A program made the position numbers and the translations under genes. Below the pieces are notes generated by a model. It saw only the letters and a program-made list of their open reading frames with translations. It had not been told where the DNA came from and ran no database searches. From Coriobacteriia bacterium (GTDB lineage: Bacteria; Actinomycetota; Coriobacteriia; Anaerosomatales; JAAXUF01), in contig JBBRSD010000001.1 in assembly GCA_038245725.1 (NCBI GenBank), positions 224,508 to 288,507 on the forward strand: DNA of 64,000 bases. The letters run 5' to 3'. Shown in pieces: positions 8,951 through 21,558 of this stretch. Positions within the stretch are counted from its first letter, which is position 1. The number at the start of each line of letters is the position of its first letter.

Positions 8951-10072
8951 TTGCGCATGGCGCGTCGGGTGCTGGTGGTGTTCGGGACGCGTCCTGAGGC
9001 AATCAAGATGGCGCCCGTCGTAGCCGAACTCGCATCGCGGGACGGCTTCGAGCCGATCGTCGCGGTCACGGCGCAGCACCGCGAGATGCTCGACCAGGTG
9101 CTCGAACTCTTCGCGATCACGCCCGACCACGACCTCGACATCATGGTGCCGGGCCAGACGCTCACCGACATCACCGTGCGTTCGCTCTCGGGCCTCACGC
9201 CGCTCATCGAGCAGGTCGACCCGCACGCGGTGCTCGTGCAAGGCGACACGACCACGACGTTCGCGGCCGCGCTCGCGGCGTTCTACCACAAGGTGCCGGT
9301 CGGCCACGTCGAGGCGGGACTCCGCACCGGCGACATATACCGGCCGTTTCCCGAGGAGGTCAACCGCCGCCTCACCACACGCCTCGCACGCTGGCACTTC
9401 CCGCCGACGGCGACATCGGCGAGCCATCTGCTCAACGAAGGCGTCGACGCAGCCGCGATCACCATCACCGGCAACACCGTCGTCGACGCGCTGCTCCACG
9501 TGCGCGAGTTGCCGTACGAGTTCCCGCCGGGCGGCGCGGTCAGCGACGCGATCGCGCGCGGCGAGCGCATCGTGCTCGTCACAGCGCACCGCCGCGAGAG
9601 CTGGGGCGAGCCGATGGTGCGGATCTTCTCGGCGGTCAAAGAACTCGCCGAGAAGTATCCCGACATCCACGTGTTCGTCGCCACCCACAAGAACCCGGTC
9701 GTCGCCGAGATTGCGCACGCGATCCTCGGGCCGGTCGAGCGTGTGGACCTGCTCGAGCCTCTCGGCTACCTGCCGTTCGTGAAGCTCATGGACCTCTCGA
9801 CGCTCATCCTCTCGGACTCAGGCGGCGTGCAAGAGGAGGCGCCCACGCTCGGCAAACCGACGCTCGTGCTGCGCGAAGTTACCGAGCGCCCCGAGGCGAT
9901 CGAGGCCGGCGTCGTCGAGCTCGTGGGGACCGACACCGAGTTCATCGTCGAGCGCGCGTCCCGGCTGCTCACGGACGCCGCCGCCTACGCCGAGATGGCG
10001 CAGCCGGCGAATCCGTTCGGCGACGGCACCGCTGCAACTCAGATCGTCGACGTGCTCGAGCGGGAGCTGTAG
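8951..10072 (+). CDS. wecB: UDP-N-acetylglucosamine 2-epimerase (non-hydrolysing)
   Basis: 373 aa. VLVVFGTRPEAIKMAPV at the N-terminus, HVEAGLRT, and SDSGGVQEEAP are family hallmarks. Confidence 0.9.
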   Translation: MRMARRVLVVFGTRPEAIKMAPVVAELASRDGFEPIVAVTAQHREMLDQVLELFAITPDHDLDIMVPGQTLTDITVRSLSGLTPLIEQVDPHAVLVQGDTTTTFAAALAAFYHKVPVGHVEAGLRTGDIYRPFPEEVNRRLTTRLARWHFPPTATSASHLLNEGVDAAAITITGNTVVDALLHVRELPYEFPPGGAVSDAIARGERIVLVTAHRRESWGEPMVRIFSAVKELAEKYPDIHVFVATHKNPVVAEIAHAILGPVERVDLLEPLGYLPFVKLMDLSTLILSDSGGVQEEAPTLGKPTLVLREVTERPEAIEAGVVELVGTDTEFIVERASRLLTDAAAYAEMAQPANPFGDGTAATQIVDVLEREL

Positions 10073-10243
10073 CCGGCTCCGCTCGCGACCGCGGTGGCGC
10101 CCCCGCTGCGGCCGTTCGCATGCGTTGCGAGCCCGCCAGCGGCTTGACCCTCCTCGGCCACGGGACTACCCTGAGTCGCCCCGCCCGGCTTGCCGGAAGC
10201 GGGCTTTCGTGCTGTTCGACCACCGCCGAGGAGTCCTCGCCGC

Positions 10244-13200
10244 ATGCTCATCAACCGCCTCGCAGCTTCCCTGTCCGCCGCCAAGCCGTTCGCGACTATC
10301 GCCGATGCGCTCGCCCGCGGCGACGACGCCACGCTCGCCGCCCCCGGGCTCATCCGGCCGGCGCTCGTTGCGTCGATCTTCGCGCTCGAGCCGCGACCGG
10401 TCCTCGTCGTGCTCGCCGGCGAGGAGTCGGCCGAGCGCTTCTGGCGACAGACCGCCTCGCTGCTCGACCGCTCGCGCGTGCTGCATCTGCCCGACCGCGC
10501 CGATCTGCCGTGGACCGATGCCGCGCCCAACCTCGCGGCCATCGGCGCGCGCAGCCACGCGCTGTACGCGCTCGACAAGAACCGGCCGCAGGTCGTCGTC
10601 GCCTCGGCACGCGCGCTCATGCGCACGGTGCCGCCGCAGGGCAGCCACGTCTTCGACCCGCTCGTGCTCGCGGCAGGCGCATCGCTTGACCTCGACACCG
10701 CGGTCGCGACGCTCGCGCGCATGGCCTACGAGCGCGTCGAGTCCGCCGAGTCGCCCGGCCAGTTCGCAGTGCGCGGCGGCATTCTCGACGTCTATCCGGC
10801 CGGCAGTTCTTCGCCGGTCCGCGTCGAGTTGTTCGGCGACGAGATCGAGACGCTTCGCCATTTCGTGCCCTCCACCGGCCAGGCGATCGGCGACGCCGAG
10901 CCCATCGAGGTCTTCCCCTGCCGAGAACTCGCGATCTCCGCCCGAGGCGCCGAAGTCGCCGAGAAGCTCCTGCGCGACCGCGCGCTCAAGCAGCCAGCGA
11001 TCGCCCACGAGCTCGAACTGCTGGGCGAGGGGGTGTACTTCAACGGCATCGAGCGCTACCTGCCGCTGTTCTACAAGCGCGTGGGGATGGCGACCGAGTA
11101 CCTCGGCACCGAGACGCTCGTCGTGGTCGCCGAGCCGCGCTCGCTCTTCGACGACGCCGTCCGCTACCGAGAAGAACTCGAGGCCGCTGCGGCCTCGATC
11201 AGCCACCGGTCGCTCGTGCCGGGCAAGTCCGCGCTCGAGGGGCTCTTCCTCACGCCGGCGCAGCTCGATTTCGGCGAGCGCCAGCGGCTCACGCTCGTCT
11301 CGCTGCACCGCGCGGGTGCTGGCGTCGATGCGCAGCTCGCCGCCCGCCGCCCGGAAGTCTCCGGTGGTGAGGAGCGCTTCATCGGCGGCGTGCGCTCGCT
11401 CTCATCGACCGGTTATTCGGTCGCGCTCACCGTGCCAGACCGCCGCGCGCGCAGGCGCATCGCCGATTCGCTCGCAGTCGCCGGCGTGCCCTTCGCCGAG
11501 GAGCGCGACCACACGGTCCTCGCGACCGCCGACCGCGCGCTCTCGGCCACAGCGCTCACGATCACCGACACCGACGTGCCTGCCGGCTTCGTCATCCCCG
11601 ACGCCAAGATCGCGGTCATCTCGATCGACGACGTCTACCCGCGCTCGCAGGTCCGGCGCGCCCGTCGTCAGATCGACCCGACGCGCGTGACCTTCGGCTT
11701 CGCTCCGGGCGACTTCGTCGTCCACGCGACGCACGGTATCGCGCTGTTCAAGGAGATGGTGCGCCAGGAGGTTCTCGGCTCGGAACGCGACTACCTGCTG
11801 CTCGAGTACTCGAAGGGCGACAAGCTCTACGTCCCGGTCGAGCAGATCGACCGCGTCACGAAGTATGTCGGCGCCGAAGGCAGCTCGCCGCGCGTCACCC
11901 GCTTGAACACAGCCGACTGGTCCAAGGCGACCGGCAAGGCGCGCAAGGCGGCGCGTCAGCTCGCGTTCGACCTCGTCGACCTCTACGCCCGCCGCTCGAC
12001 GGTGACCGGGTTCGCGTACGGTCCCGACACGCCGTGGCAGATGGAGATGGAGGCGTCCTTCCCGTTCGAGGAGACACCCGACCAGCTCGCCGCAATCGCT
12101 GACGTCAAAGCCGACATGGAGTCCGAGAAGCCCATGGACCGCCTGATCTGCGGCGACGTGGGCTACGGCAAGACCGAAGTCGCCATCCGCGCCGCGTTCA
12201 AGGCGACTCAGGACGGCAAGCAGGCCATGGTGCTGTGCCCGACGACGATCCTCGCGCAGCAGCACTTCACGACCTTCTCCGAGAGGTTCGCGCCGTATCC
12301 GGTGAAGGTAGAGGTGCTATCGCGTTTCCGCTCAGACGAGCAGCAGAAGACCGCACTCGCCGGCTTCCTCGCGGGCGAGGTCGATATCCTCATCGGTACG
12401 CACCGGCTGCTCTCGCGCGACGTCGCGCCGAAGAATCTCGGGCTCGTGATCATCGACGAGGAACAGCGCTTCGGCGTCGAGCACAAGGAGCACATGAAGA
12501 ATCTGCGCGAGCAGGTCGACGTGCTTACCCTGTCAGCGACGCCGATACCGCGTACCCTCCAGATGTCGCTTTCCGGCGTGCGCGACATGAGCGTCATCGA
12601 CACGCCGCCGCCCAACCGTTTCCCGGTGATGGTGCACGTGGGCGAGTGGGACGAGGACGTCGTCAGCGGTGCCGTCCGCCGAGAACTGGAGCGTGGCGGG
12701 CAGGTCTACTACGTCTCCAACCGCGTCAAGACGATCGACGACGCAGTGCGCCGAGTCACCGACGCAGCACCCGAGGCCCGCATCGGCGTGGCGCACGGGC
12801 AGATGAGCGAGCGCGAGCTCGAGCGGGTCATGGAGGCGTTCTCGGCAAACGAGATCGATGTGCTCGTCGCCACCACCATCATCGAGAGCGGCATCGACAA
12901 CCCGCACTCCAACACCCTCATCATCGAGGACTCGCAGCGACTCGGCCTCGCGCAGCTCTACCAGCTCAAGGGCCGCGTCGGGCGCAGCCACATCAAGGCG
13001 TACGGGTACTTCCTCTTCCCGGCCACAGCGGCGCTCACCGAGCAGGCCCTGGAGCGGCTCACGGCGATCGGCGAGAACACCGAGCTGGGCAGTGGCATCA
13101 AGGTCGCCATGCGCGACCTCGAGATTCGCGGCGCAGGCTCTCTTCTCGGCGCCGAGCAAAGCGGGCAGATGAGTGCGGTCGGCTTCGACCTGTTCGCGCA

Positions 13201-13675
13201 GATGATCAACGAGGCGGTCAGCGAGGCCCGCGGCGAGCCCGTGGCGGCGTTCCCCGACATCCGTGTCGACCTGCCGGTCGCGGCCTTCCTTCCCGAGACC
13301 TACGTCGAGGCCGCCGACGAGCGCGTGCGCTTCTACCGGCGCCTCGCTGGCTCGCCCTCGATCGAGGCGGTCGACAACGTGGTCGCCGAGCTCGTCGACA
13401 AGTACGGCCTGGCGCCCGAGCCGGCCCGCAACCTCGTCGACATCGCCCGCATCCGGGCGATGGCTGCCGAGGCCGGGGCGACCAACGTCGCCATCGTTCG
13501 GCGCCGTCTCACCGTCTGGCCGCTTTCGCTCTCCGACGAGCGACGCGGCAAGCTTGCGGCTCAAGGCGTCGTCTGGATGGAACGCGAGCGGAAAGCCGCT
13601 CGGGCACTGGACTATGGAGAGTCTGTGACCCATGCAGCTCTAGGCATGCTCGGTGCTATACTGGCGCCTGTCTGA
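10244..13675 (+). CDS. mfd: transcription-repair coupling factor
   Basis: About 1140 aa. CarD-like region (DFVVHATHGIALF), DEAD/H helicase motifs (GDVGYGKTEVA, DEEQRFG) and TRG motif region. Start at ATG 10244 preferred over 10190. Confidence 0.95.
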   Translation: MLINRLAASLSAAKPFATIADALARGDDATLAAPGLIRPALVASIFALEPRPVLVVLAGEESAERFWRQTASLLDRSRVLHLPDRADLPWTDAAPNLAAIGARSHALYALDKNRPQVVVASARALMRTVPPQGSHVFDPLVLAAGASLDLDTAVATLARMAYERVESAESPGQFAVRGGILDVYPAGSSSPVRVELFGDEIETLRHFVPSTGQAIGDAEPIEVFPCRELAISARGAEVAEKLLRDRALKQPAIAHELELLGEGVYFNGIERYLPLFYKRVGMATEYLGTETLVVVAEPRSLFDDAVRYREELEAAAASISHRSLVPGKSALEGLFLTPAQLDFGERQRLTLVSLHRAGAGVDAQLAARRPEVSGGEERFIGGVRSLSSTGYSVALTVPDRRARRRIADSLAVAGVPFAEERDHTVLATADRALSATALTITDTDVPAGFVIPDAKIAVISIDDVYPRSQVRRARRQIDPTRVTFGFAPGDFVVHATHGIALFKEMVRQEVLGSERDYLLLEYSKGDKLYVPVEQIDRVTKYVGAEGSSPRVTRLNTADWSKATGKARKAARQLAFDLVDLYARRSTVTGFAYGPDTPWQMEMEASFPFEETPDQLAAIADVKADMESEKPMDRLICGDVGYGKTEVAIRAAFKATQDGKQAMVLCPTTILAQQHFTTFSERFAPYPVKVEVLSRFRSDEQQKTALAGFLAGEVDILIGTHRLLSRDVAPKNLGLVIIDEEQRFGVEHKEHMKNLREQVDVLTLSATPIPRTLQMSLSGVRDMSVIDTPPPNRFPVMVHVGEWDEDVVSGAVRRELERGGQVYYVSNRVKTIDDAVRRVTDAAPEARIGVAHGQMSERELERVMEAFSANEIDVLVATTIIESGIDNPHSNTLIIEDSQRLGLAQLYQLKGRVGRSHIKAYGYFLFPATAALTEQALERLTAIGENTELGSGIKVAMRDLEIRGAGSLLGAEQSGQMSAVGFDLFAQMINEAVSEARGEPVAAFPDIRVDLPVAAFLPETYVEAADERVRFYRRLAGSPSIEAVDNVVAELVDKYGLAPEPARNLVDIARIRAMAAEAGATNVAIVRRRLTVWPLSLSDERRGKLAAQGVVWMERERKAARALDYGESVTHAALGMLGAILAPV

Positions 13676-13702
13676 CCACGGCTATCAGGAGGAATCGGGC
13701 CG

Positions 13703-14707
13703 ATGAAGTCCACTCGTCTACTGCTCGTAACCGCGCTCTTGGGAGTGCTCGTTGCGACTGCGTTCGCTACCGGCGGATGTTCGAATAAGAACGTCGCCGC
13801 GAAGGTCAACGGCGACACTGTTTCGATGACCACGCTCAACACCCAGCTCGACCAGCTCAAGAAGCAGTACCCGACGATGTTCACCGGCGCCGACGGCGAA
13901 GGGCGACTTCTCGACTTCAAGCAGCGCCTTCTGGACAACCTCGTCAACCAGAAGCTCATCGAGCAGGCCGCGAAGCAGAAGGGTGTCGCCGTTTCAGACG
14001 CTGACATCCAGAAGCAGGTCGATCAGCTCAAGAGTGGATTCAAGGACCAGGCCCAGTTCGAGGCAGCTCTCAAGAGCGCGGGCATGACGCTTGATTCGCT
14101 CAAGGAGCAGGTCACACAGCAGCTCATCACCAACAAGCTCATGGAGTCGCTGGCGTCGAATCAGCAGGTCACGAACGCCGACATCGAGGCCTACTACAAC
14201 AAGAACAAGGCGCAATTCAACCAGAAGGCCCAGAAGCGCGCCTCACACGTCCTCTTCAAGACCACCAACAAAGCAATCGCCGAGAAGGTGCTCAAGCAGC
14301 TTCGGGCCGGAACGATCGCTTTTGCGGCCGCCGCGAAGAAGTACTCCATCGACACCGCGACCGCTGCCAACGGTGGGGACCTGGGCTGGCCGAACGGAAC
14401 GAGCTACGTACCTGAGTTCCAGGCCGCGCTCGACAAGCTGAAGAAGGGCCAGATGTCGAGCCTCATTCAGTCCACCTACGGCTACCACATCATCCTGGTC
14501 ACCGAGACTCGGGCGGCCAAGCAGCAGACGGTGGCCGACGTGAAGACCCAGATCCAGCAGATCATCCTGCAGCAGCGCAAAGCCGATGCCTACCAGCAGT
14601 TTCTCGACCAGCTGCGCAAGACCGCCAAGATCGAGATCCTGGATCCTGATCTGAAGGCCGGTGCAGGCAAGAGGGCTGCTTCCACGAACGCGACCGCCGC
14701 CAAGTAG
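13703..14707 (+). CDS. PrsA/SurA-like parvulin peptidyl-prolyl isomerase lipoprotein
   Basis: Signal peptide with lipobox AFATGGC, a SurA_N-like helical region, and a PpiC domain (ASHVLFK ... GGDLGW ... GYHIILV). Confidence 0.8.
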   Translation: MKSTRLLLVTALLGVLVATAFATGGCSNKNVAAKVNGDTVSMTTLNTQLDQLKKQYPTMFTGADGEGRLLDFKQRLLDNLVNQKLIEQAAKQKGVAVSDADIQKQVDQLKSGFKDQAQFEAALKSAGMTLDSLKEQVTQQLITNKLMESLASNQQVTNADIEAYYNKNKAQFNQKAQKRASHVLFKTTNKAIAEKVLKQLRAGTIAFAAAAKKYSIDTATAANGGDLGWPNGTSYVPEFQAALDKLKKGQMSSLIQSTYGYHIILVTETRAAKQQTVADVKTQIQQIILQQRKADAYQQFLDQLRKTAKIEILDPDLKAGAGKRAASTNATAAK

Positions 14708-14740
14708 CTTCCGAGCTGCATTTCGCCGGCAGGGGGAGCC

Positions 14741-16818
<2,078 letters not shown>

Positions 16819-16886
16819 TTCGGCCAGGACAGGTGGGCGCGATCCGCGTCCGCCTGTCGGCTCGAAGTCAGGAGCACCGCAGGCCG

Positions 16887-17771
16887 ATGAGCGAGCCCAA
16901 GAAGAGAAGCCAACTCGTACCCGCTGAATTCGGCGTGCCCATCCAGTCTGCTCTCGCCAAACGGGAGCGGTTCGCGAACCAGTACGACTACGACTATGGC
17001 CAGGAGCGCATCTTCCTGCAGCTCGTCCCGGCGCTTCTCGCCGAGATCCCGGACGACGTCGAACTGCTCGAAGTGGGCGCCGCCACGGGCTTGATGACGG
17101 GGCCGCTCCTGAGCAAGGCCAAGCACCTGACCGCACTCGAACCGTCTCCGGGCCTGCTTCGCCGCCTCGTGTCGAGCGATGTCGCGAGCGATCCGCGTCT
17201 CGGGACGATGCTGGGCATGGCCGAGGACCTCACCGCCGAGGCGATGTTCGACGTCGCGGTCGTCACGTTCACGCCGCGCCGGGGGATCGGGCTGCTTCAT
17301 CTCCTCATGTCGCTCGCGCGGCACGTGCGCCAGCGCGTCGTGATGATGCTTGACGACGACGGCTCGCTCGACTGGGCGTACCTCGCGCGAGCCGCCTCCT
17401 CGCAAGGCTTCGACATCCGGATACACCTCGTCAGCGAAGGCGGCGACGTCGCCGAGCCGAAGCGCGCCGTGATCCTCGTCGCAGACGTGAGCGCTTTCAC
17501 CGACGATGCCGAGCCTGAGGACATATGGGAGTTCGAGAGCCGGACGCTCGAAGTCCCCTACCCGGCGCCGCGCGGCGCCGCGACCCGAGTCGTGCGCTAC
17601 TTCATGACGGCGGGCGAGAGGGCGCTTCTGATCCGTACCGCCGATGCGGGTGCTGAGCGCCTCTACGGGAACCTGCGCACCGCGGTGCACCGTTTGGGGC
17701 GTGACGAGGTCACCGTGCGGCGGGTCGAGGACGGAATCCAGATCGTCCGTCTGCCCAAGGCGATCGAGTAG
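16887..17771 (+). CDS. hypothetical protein with a class I SAM-methyltransferase-like motif
   Basis: LLEVGAATGLMTG resembles motif I. Start placed at ATG 16887. No other diagnostic motif, so the function is uncertain. Confidence 0.45.
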   Translation: MSEPKKRSQLVPAEFGVPIQSALAKRERFANQYDYDYGQERIFLQLVPALLAEIPDDVELLEVGAATGLMTGPLLSKAKHLTALEPSPGLLRRLVSSDVASDPRLGTMLGMAEDLTAEAMFDVAVVTFTPRRGIGLLHLLMSLARHVRQRVVMMLDDDGSLDWAYLARAASSQGFDIRIHLVSEGGDVAEPKRAVILVADVSAFTDDAEPEDIWEFESRTLEVPYPAPRGAATRVVRYFMTAGERALLIRTADAGAERLYGNLRTAVHRLGRDEVTVRRVEDGIQIVRLPKAIE

Positions 17772-17907
17772 GAAATGGCACCGTTCGCCACGCGATTGCG
17801 CCCGCTCCCCATAACACTTTCGCCTTCCACGCGCTTGAGCTGCGGTTTCGTCTCGCATCTGGGGTAGCTTGAACGTGGCGCTTGTGCGCCATGGAAGGAG
17901 ACACGTC

Positions 17908-19305
17908 ATGCGTCGTACCAGAATCGTCGCTACACTCGGCCCCGCCACGGATCCACCTGACGTCCTTGAGGCGTTGCTCGCGGCGGGCGTCGACGTGGTG
18001 CGCCTCAACGCCGCGCACGCGGACACCGACGCTCTCGACGCGACGTTGTGTGCCGTGCGCTCCACCGCCGAGAAGCTCGGTCGCCATGTGGGTGTGCTCG
18101 TGGACCTGCCCGGCCCGAAGATTCGCGTAGGCGGGATGGCGCCGGGAACCGTGCTCGAGGTCGGCGCCACCTTCACCCTGACCGCCGAGGACTGCGTCGG
18201 CGACGTGACGCGTGCGTGCGTCACCTACGCGGGTCTGGCCGCAGATCTCACTGCAGGCAACCGCGTCCTCATAGACGACGGCCGGGTGGAGCTCGAGGTC
18301 GTCTTGGCCGACAGCGCCTCGGGGTGTGTGGTCACTCGCGTCGTTGTGGGCGGTCCGCTCACAAGTAACAAAGGCGTCAACGTCCCCGGTGTGACGCTGG
18401 GGGTTTCGGCTATCACCGATGTCGATCGTGCGGCTGTCGAATGGGCATGCGGGACCGATGTCGATTTCGTAGGCCAGTCCTTTGTTCGCTCGGCCACCGA
18501 CATACAGGACCTGCGCGCGCTTATGACCCGGCCGATCTCCATCGTCGCCAAGATCGAGAAGCACGAGGCGGTCGCCGCACTTGGCGAGATCATCACAGCG
18601 GCGGACGCCGTGATGGTTGCTCGCGGCGACCTCGGCGTCGAGACCGCGCCCGAGCAGGTACCCGTCATCCAGCGCCGAATCATCGAGGCCGCCCGGCGAG
18701 TGGGCAAGCCGGTCGTCATCGCGACTCAGATGCTCGACTCGATGACCCACGCACCCAGGCCGACGCGCGCCGAGGCAAGCGACGTCGCCAACGCGATCTT
18801 CGCCAGGGCGGACGCGGTCATGCTCTCGGGCGAGACGGCGGTAGGGGACAACCCGGTGCTCGTCGTGGAGACGATGGGGCGGATCGCGAAGACGGCGGAG
18901 GAAGCGATCAGTGGTGCCGAGCGTGACGCACATGCAGCGACAGCGGACGTCCAGGAAGCGGTGAGCGCCGCCGTGTGCGATCTCGCCTCCGACCTGCGGC
19001 TTGCCGCGATCGTGCCACTCACGGAGTCGGGGGCAACTGCGCTCGCCGTTGCACGCCACCGGCCGGATACGCGCATCATCGCCGTGACGCCCGCCGCAGC
19101 CGTAGCGCGCCATCTCGGATTGGTCTGGGGCGTGCTGCCGTTCGTCATCGATTTCCCCGCAGACACGGACCAGCTTCTGGACGAGGTGTGCGACGCCCTG
19201 CGCGACGCGAGGCTCATTACGCCCGGTAGTCGCATCGCGATCACCGCCGGCCGTTCGACTCGGACAGAGGGCGGCACCGACTTCATTCAAGTTCGCGAAC
19301 TGTGA
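17908..19305 (+). CDS. pyk: pyruvate kinase
   Basis: MRRTRIVATLGPATD start with GGAAGGAG RBS 8 nt upstream. VARGDLGVE and the MLSGETA motif are present. Confidence 0.95.
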   Translation: MRRTRIVATLGPATDPPDVLEALLAAGVDVVRLNAAHADTDALDATLCAVRSTAEKLGRHVGVLVDLPGPKIRVGGMAPGTVLEVGATFTLTAEDCVGDVTRACVTYAGLAADLTAGNRVLIDDGRVELEVVLADSASGCVVTRVVVGGPLTSNKGVNVPGVTLGVSAITDVDRAAVEWACGTDVDFVGQSFVRSATDIQDLRALMTRPISIVAKIEKHEAVAALGEIITAADAVMVARGDLGVETAPEQVPVIQRRIIEAARRVGKPVVIATQMLDSMTHAPRPTRAEASDVANAIFARADAVMLSGETAVGDNPVLVVETMGRIAKTAEEAISGAERDAHAATADVQEAVSAAVCDLASDLRLAAIVPLTESGATALAVARHRPDTRIIAVTPAAAVARHLGLVWGVLPFVIDFPADTDQLLDEVCDALRDARLITPGSRIAITAGRSTRTEGGTDFIQVREL

Positions 19306-19463
19306 ACACTGCGACCGTTGACCTAGAGGCTGTCGAACACACGTTCGAATCTCTCAACCTCAACCTGACCTATAGAGGACACACGCGCCGTTTGGTGCTA
19401 CCATCGGCACCGAGGTGACCAGCCCGGTCACTCATCGCTGGCCTGCACACAGGACTCTGAGGT

Positions 19464-20021
19464 ATGACGCCTAGGAACACGCAGCTAGGGGCTTCAGCGA
19501 AAGCGCAACGGGCATCCGGATCCCGGGTGGCTCGTGTGGCGCCATCGCTCGCTTCCCGCACCAGGCCCGCGTCGGCGCGCCCTTCAGTTGCGCGCTCGAC
19601 CGCGCCCTCGAAGCCTCGAGCGCGCGACACCTCATCGCATCGCTGGTGGCTGCTGCCTCTCGTCATCGTGGCCGTGATCTCGTTCTTCATCGCAGCGTAC
19701 TATCCCGTTGCGCGAGTCCAGTATCGCGAGACGCGCGAGCGGACGAGGTTGCAGACCGAACTCACCGCGATCCAGGCGCGCAACGACCGCCTGCGTACCG
19801 ACGTCGCCCGGCTCAAGACGCCGGAGGGTGTCGAAGACTATGCGCGGCTCCAGCTTGGCATGGTCAAGAAGGGCGAGCACCAGGTCATCGTGGTCGACGG
19901 CAGCGAGCCGACGCAGACGACCACCGCCCTCACGCTTCCGGAGATCGACTCGGAAGAGGCGGTGAAGCCGCCGGTTGGGCAGTGGTCCGCCTTCCTCGAC
20001 GCGGTCTTCGGCGTTCAGTGA
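19464..20021 (+). CDS. ftsB: septum formation initiator FtsB/DivIC-family protein
   Basis: Basic disordered N-terminus, one TM helix, coiled coil (RERTRLQTELTAIQARNDRLRTDVARL) and PEGVEDYARLQLGMVKKGE, which is typical of the family. Confidence 0.75.
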   Translation: MTPRNTQLGASAKAQRASGSRVARVAPSLASRTRPASARPSVARSTAPSKPRARDTSSHRWWLLPLVIVAVISFFIAAYYPVARVQYRETRERTRLQTELTAIQARNDRLRTDVARLKTPEGVEDYARLQLGMVKKGEHQVIVVDGSEPTQTTTALTLPEIDSEEAVKPPVGQWSAFLDAVFGVQ

Positions 20022-20557
20022 GCGAGCCCGAGCCGCATCTCCCGTCGCCCGCTGACGCCACTCTAATCGCCGAGCAGATCGGACGCGCTCCTCGCACGCC
20101 GTGGCGGGTCGCCTCGCGCTGCTCCTTCGGTCGGCCGACCGTGATCGTCTCCCCATCCCGGCTTGCGGACGGCACGCCCTTCCCCACGTACGCGTGGCTC
20201 ACCTGCCCGCACCTCGTTGAGCGCGTCGGCGCGCGCGAGTCCGCAGGCGCTGCAGCCGCGTTCGCGGCACGCGCGGAGAGCGACGCGTCGCTCTCCGGGG
20301 CGCTGCGCGCCCTCGACGCCCGCATCCGCGTTCTGCGAGCGGCCGAGTCCGGGGGCGTCGACGCGTGCCCGGCGGTCGGCATCGGCGGGCAGCGCGATCC
20401 GCTCGGCGTCAAGTGCCTGCACGCGCACGTCGCGCTGGCACTTCTCGGCGAAGGCGACCCGATCGGCGCGGAGGTGCTCTCGGGGATGGTCCGCGAATGC
20501 GAGGGCGACCGGTGCGAGGCGCCGCCCAGCTTGCGACCGGCCGAGGAGGCGTCGTGA
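20018..20557 (+). CDS. DUF501 domain protein
   Basis: GTG 20018 forms a GTGA overlap with the ftsB stop. RCSFGRPTVI ... PFPTYAWLTCPHL is the DUF501 signature, in the usual position between ftsB and ppx in actinobacteria. Confidence 0.75.
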   Translation: MSEPEPHLPSPADATLIAEQIGRAPRTPWRVASRCSFGRPTVIVSPSRLADGTPFPTYAWLTCPHLVERVGARESAGAAAAFAARAESDASLSGALRALDARIRVLRAAESGGVDACPAVGIGGQRDPLGVKCLHAHVALALLGEGDPIGAEVLSGMVRECEGDRCEAPPSLRPAEEAS

Positions 20558-21558
20558 GCCAGAGCCGGCGGATCGCGGCCATCGACATCGGGACCGTGAC
20601 CACGCGGCTGCTCGTCGCAGACGTGTCCGACAGCGGTATCACCGAGGTCACGCGCAATACCGACATCACGCATCTCGGCGAAGACCTCACCACTACCGGG
20701 CGCCTCTCGGACGCCGCCATCGCGCGTGTCGCCAGCGTGATCAAGGGATATGCGCGCACCATCAGCGGGCTCGGCGTCGAGCGCGTGACCACGCTGGCCA
20801 CGAGCGCGAGCCGCGACGCCGCCAACGGCGACGAGCTCGCCGCCTCGCTCTCGGCCGCCGGCATCACGCCGCGCATCATCGACGGCGAGGAGGAAGCGCG
20901 GCTGTCGTTTCTCGGCGCGACGTGGTCGGTGACGGGCGAGTGCTTGCTCGTCGCAGACGTGGGCGGCGGCTCGACCGAGCTGATCTTCGGCGACTCGCTC
21001 GTCGACGAGGACGAGACGCGCAGCTACGCGATCGAGACGGTGCGCTCCATCGACGTGGGCTCGCGCCGTATCACCGAGATGTTTCTGCGCTCCGACCCGC
21101 CTACTTCGAGCGAGCTCGATGAGGCGCGAGGCTACATCGCCGCAGCGCTCAAGCCGTTCTTCGACGCGCTGCGCGAAAGGCCACGCGCGATGGTGTCGCT
21201 CGCGGGAGCGGCCACGACGTTCTCGGCGATCGATCTCGAGCTCGCGCAGTACGACCCGGAGCGCGTGCACCTCAGCTGCCTGACCGGGCCGCGGCTCTCC
21301 GACATCGTCGCGACGCTCGCCGCGCTTCCGCTCGCCAAGCGCCGAGAAGTCGTCGGGCTTCACCCCGACCGCGCGCCGGTGATCGTGGCCGGCGGCCTCG
21401 TGATCGAGTCCGTGCTCGCGCTGGCGGGACTCGATTCCACGCTTGTCAGCGAGCACGACATCCTCTATGGGATACTTCTCGATACCTATCGCGACCTGCG
21501 GCACGAGCCAGTTGCGGAGAGCTATGGGGCAGACGGCGGCGTATCCGAATTGGCATAG
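20554..21558 (+). CDS. ppx: Ppx/GppA family exopolyphosphatase
   Basis: GTG 20554 forms a GTGA overlap. RIAAIDIGTVTTRLLVADV (ASKHA phosphate-1 motif) and VADVGGGSTEL (phosphate-2). Confidence 0.85.
   Translation: MSQSRRIAAIDIGTVTTRLLVADVSDSGITEVTRNTDITHLGEDLTTTGRLSDAAIARVASVIKGYARTISGLGVERVTTLATSASRDAANGDELAASLSAAGITPRIIDGEEEARLSFLGATWSVTGECLLVADVGGGSTELIFGDSLVDEDETRSYAIETVRSIDVGSRRITEMFLRSDPPTSSELDEARGYIAAALKPFFDALRERPRAMVSLAGAATTFSAIDLELAQYDPERVHLSCLTGPRLSDIVATLAALPLAKRREVVGLHPDRAPVIVAGGLVIESVLALAGLDSTLVSEHDILYGILLDTYRDLRHEPVAESYGADGGVSELA

Noticed and set aside
8828-9718. The upstream 297 codons of the 800-aa minus-strand ORF 7316..9718
   Set aside because: This part is antisense to the well-supported wecB gene and has an Arg/Asp/His-rich off-frame composition. 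MFS similarity begins only after the ATG at 8827, so the long ORF is a shadow extension.
10125-13788. Large alternative-frame and antisense ORFs inside mfd (10125..11690 +, 10166..11308 -, 11402..12265 -, 12235..13788 +, 12533..13633 -)
   Set aside because: All lie within the mfd coding region, whose helicase and CarD motifs are unambiguous. Their translations are Arg/Ala/Pro-rich low-complexity sequence typical of high-GC shadow frames.
19930-21504. A 524-aa minus-strand ORF
   Set aside because: It is antisense to DUF501 and ppx, both supported by motifs and by conserved actinobacterial synteny.
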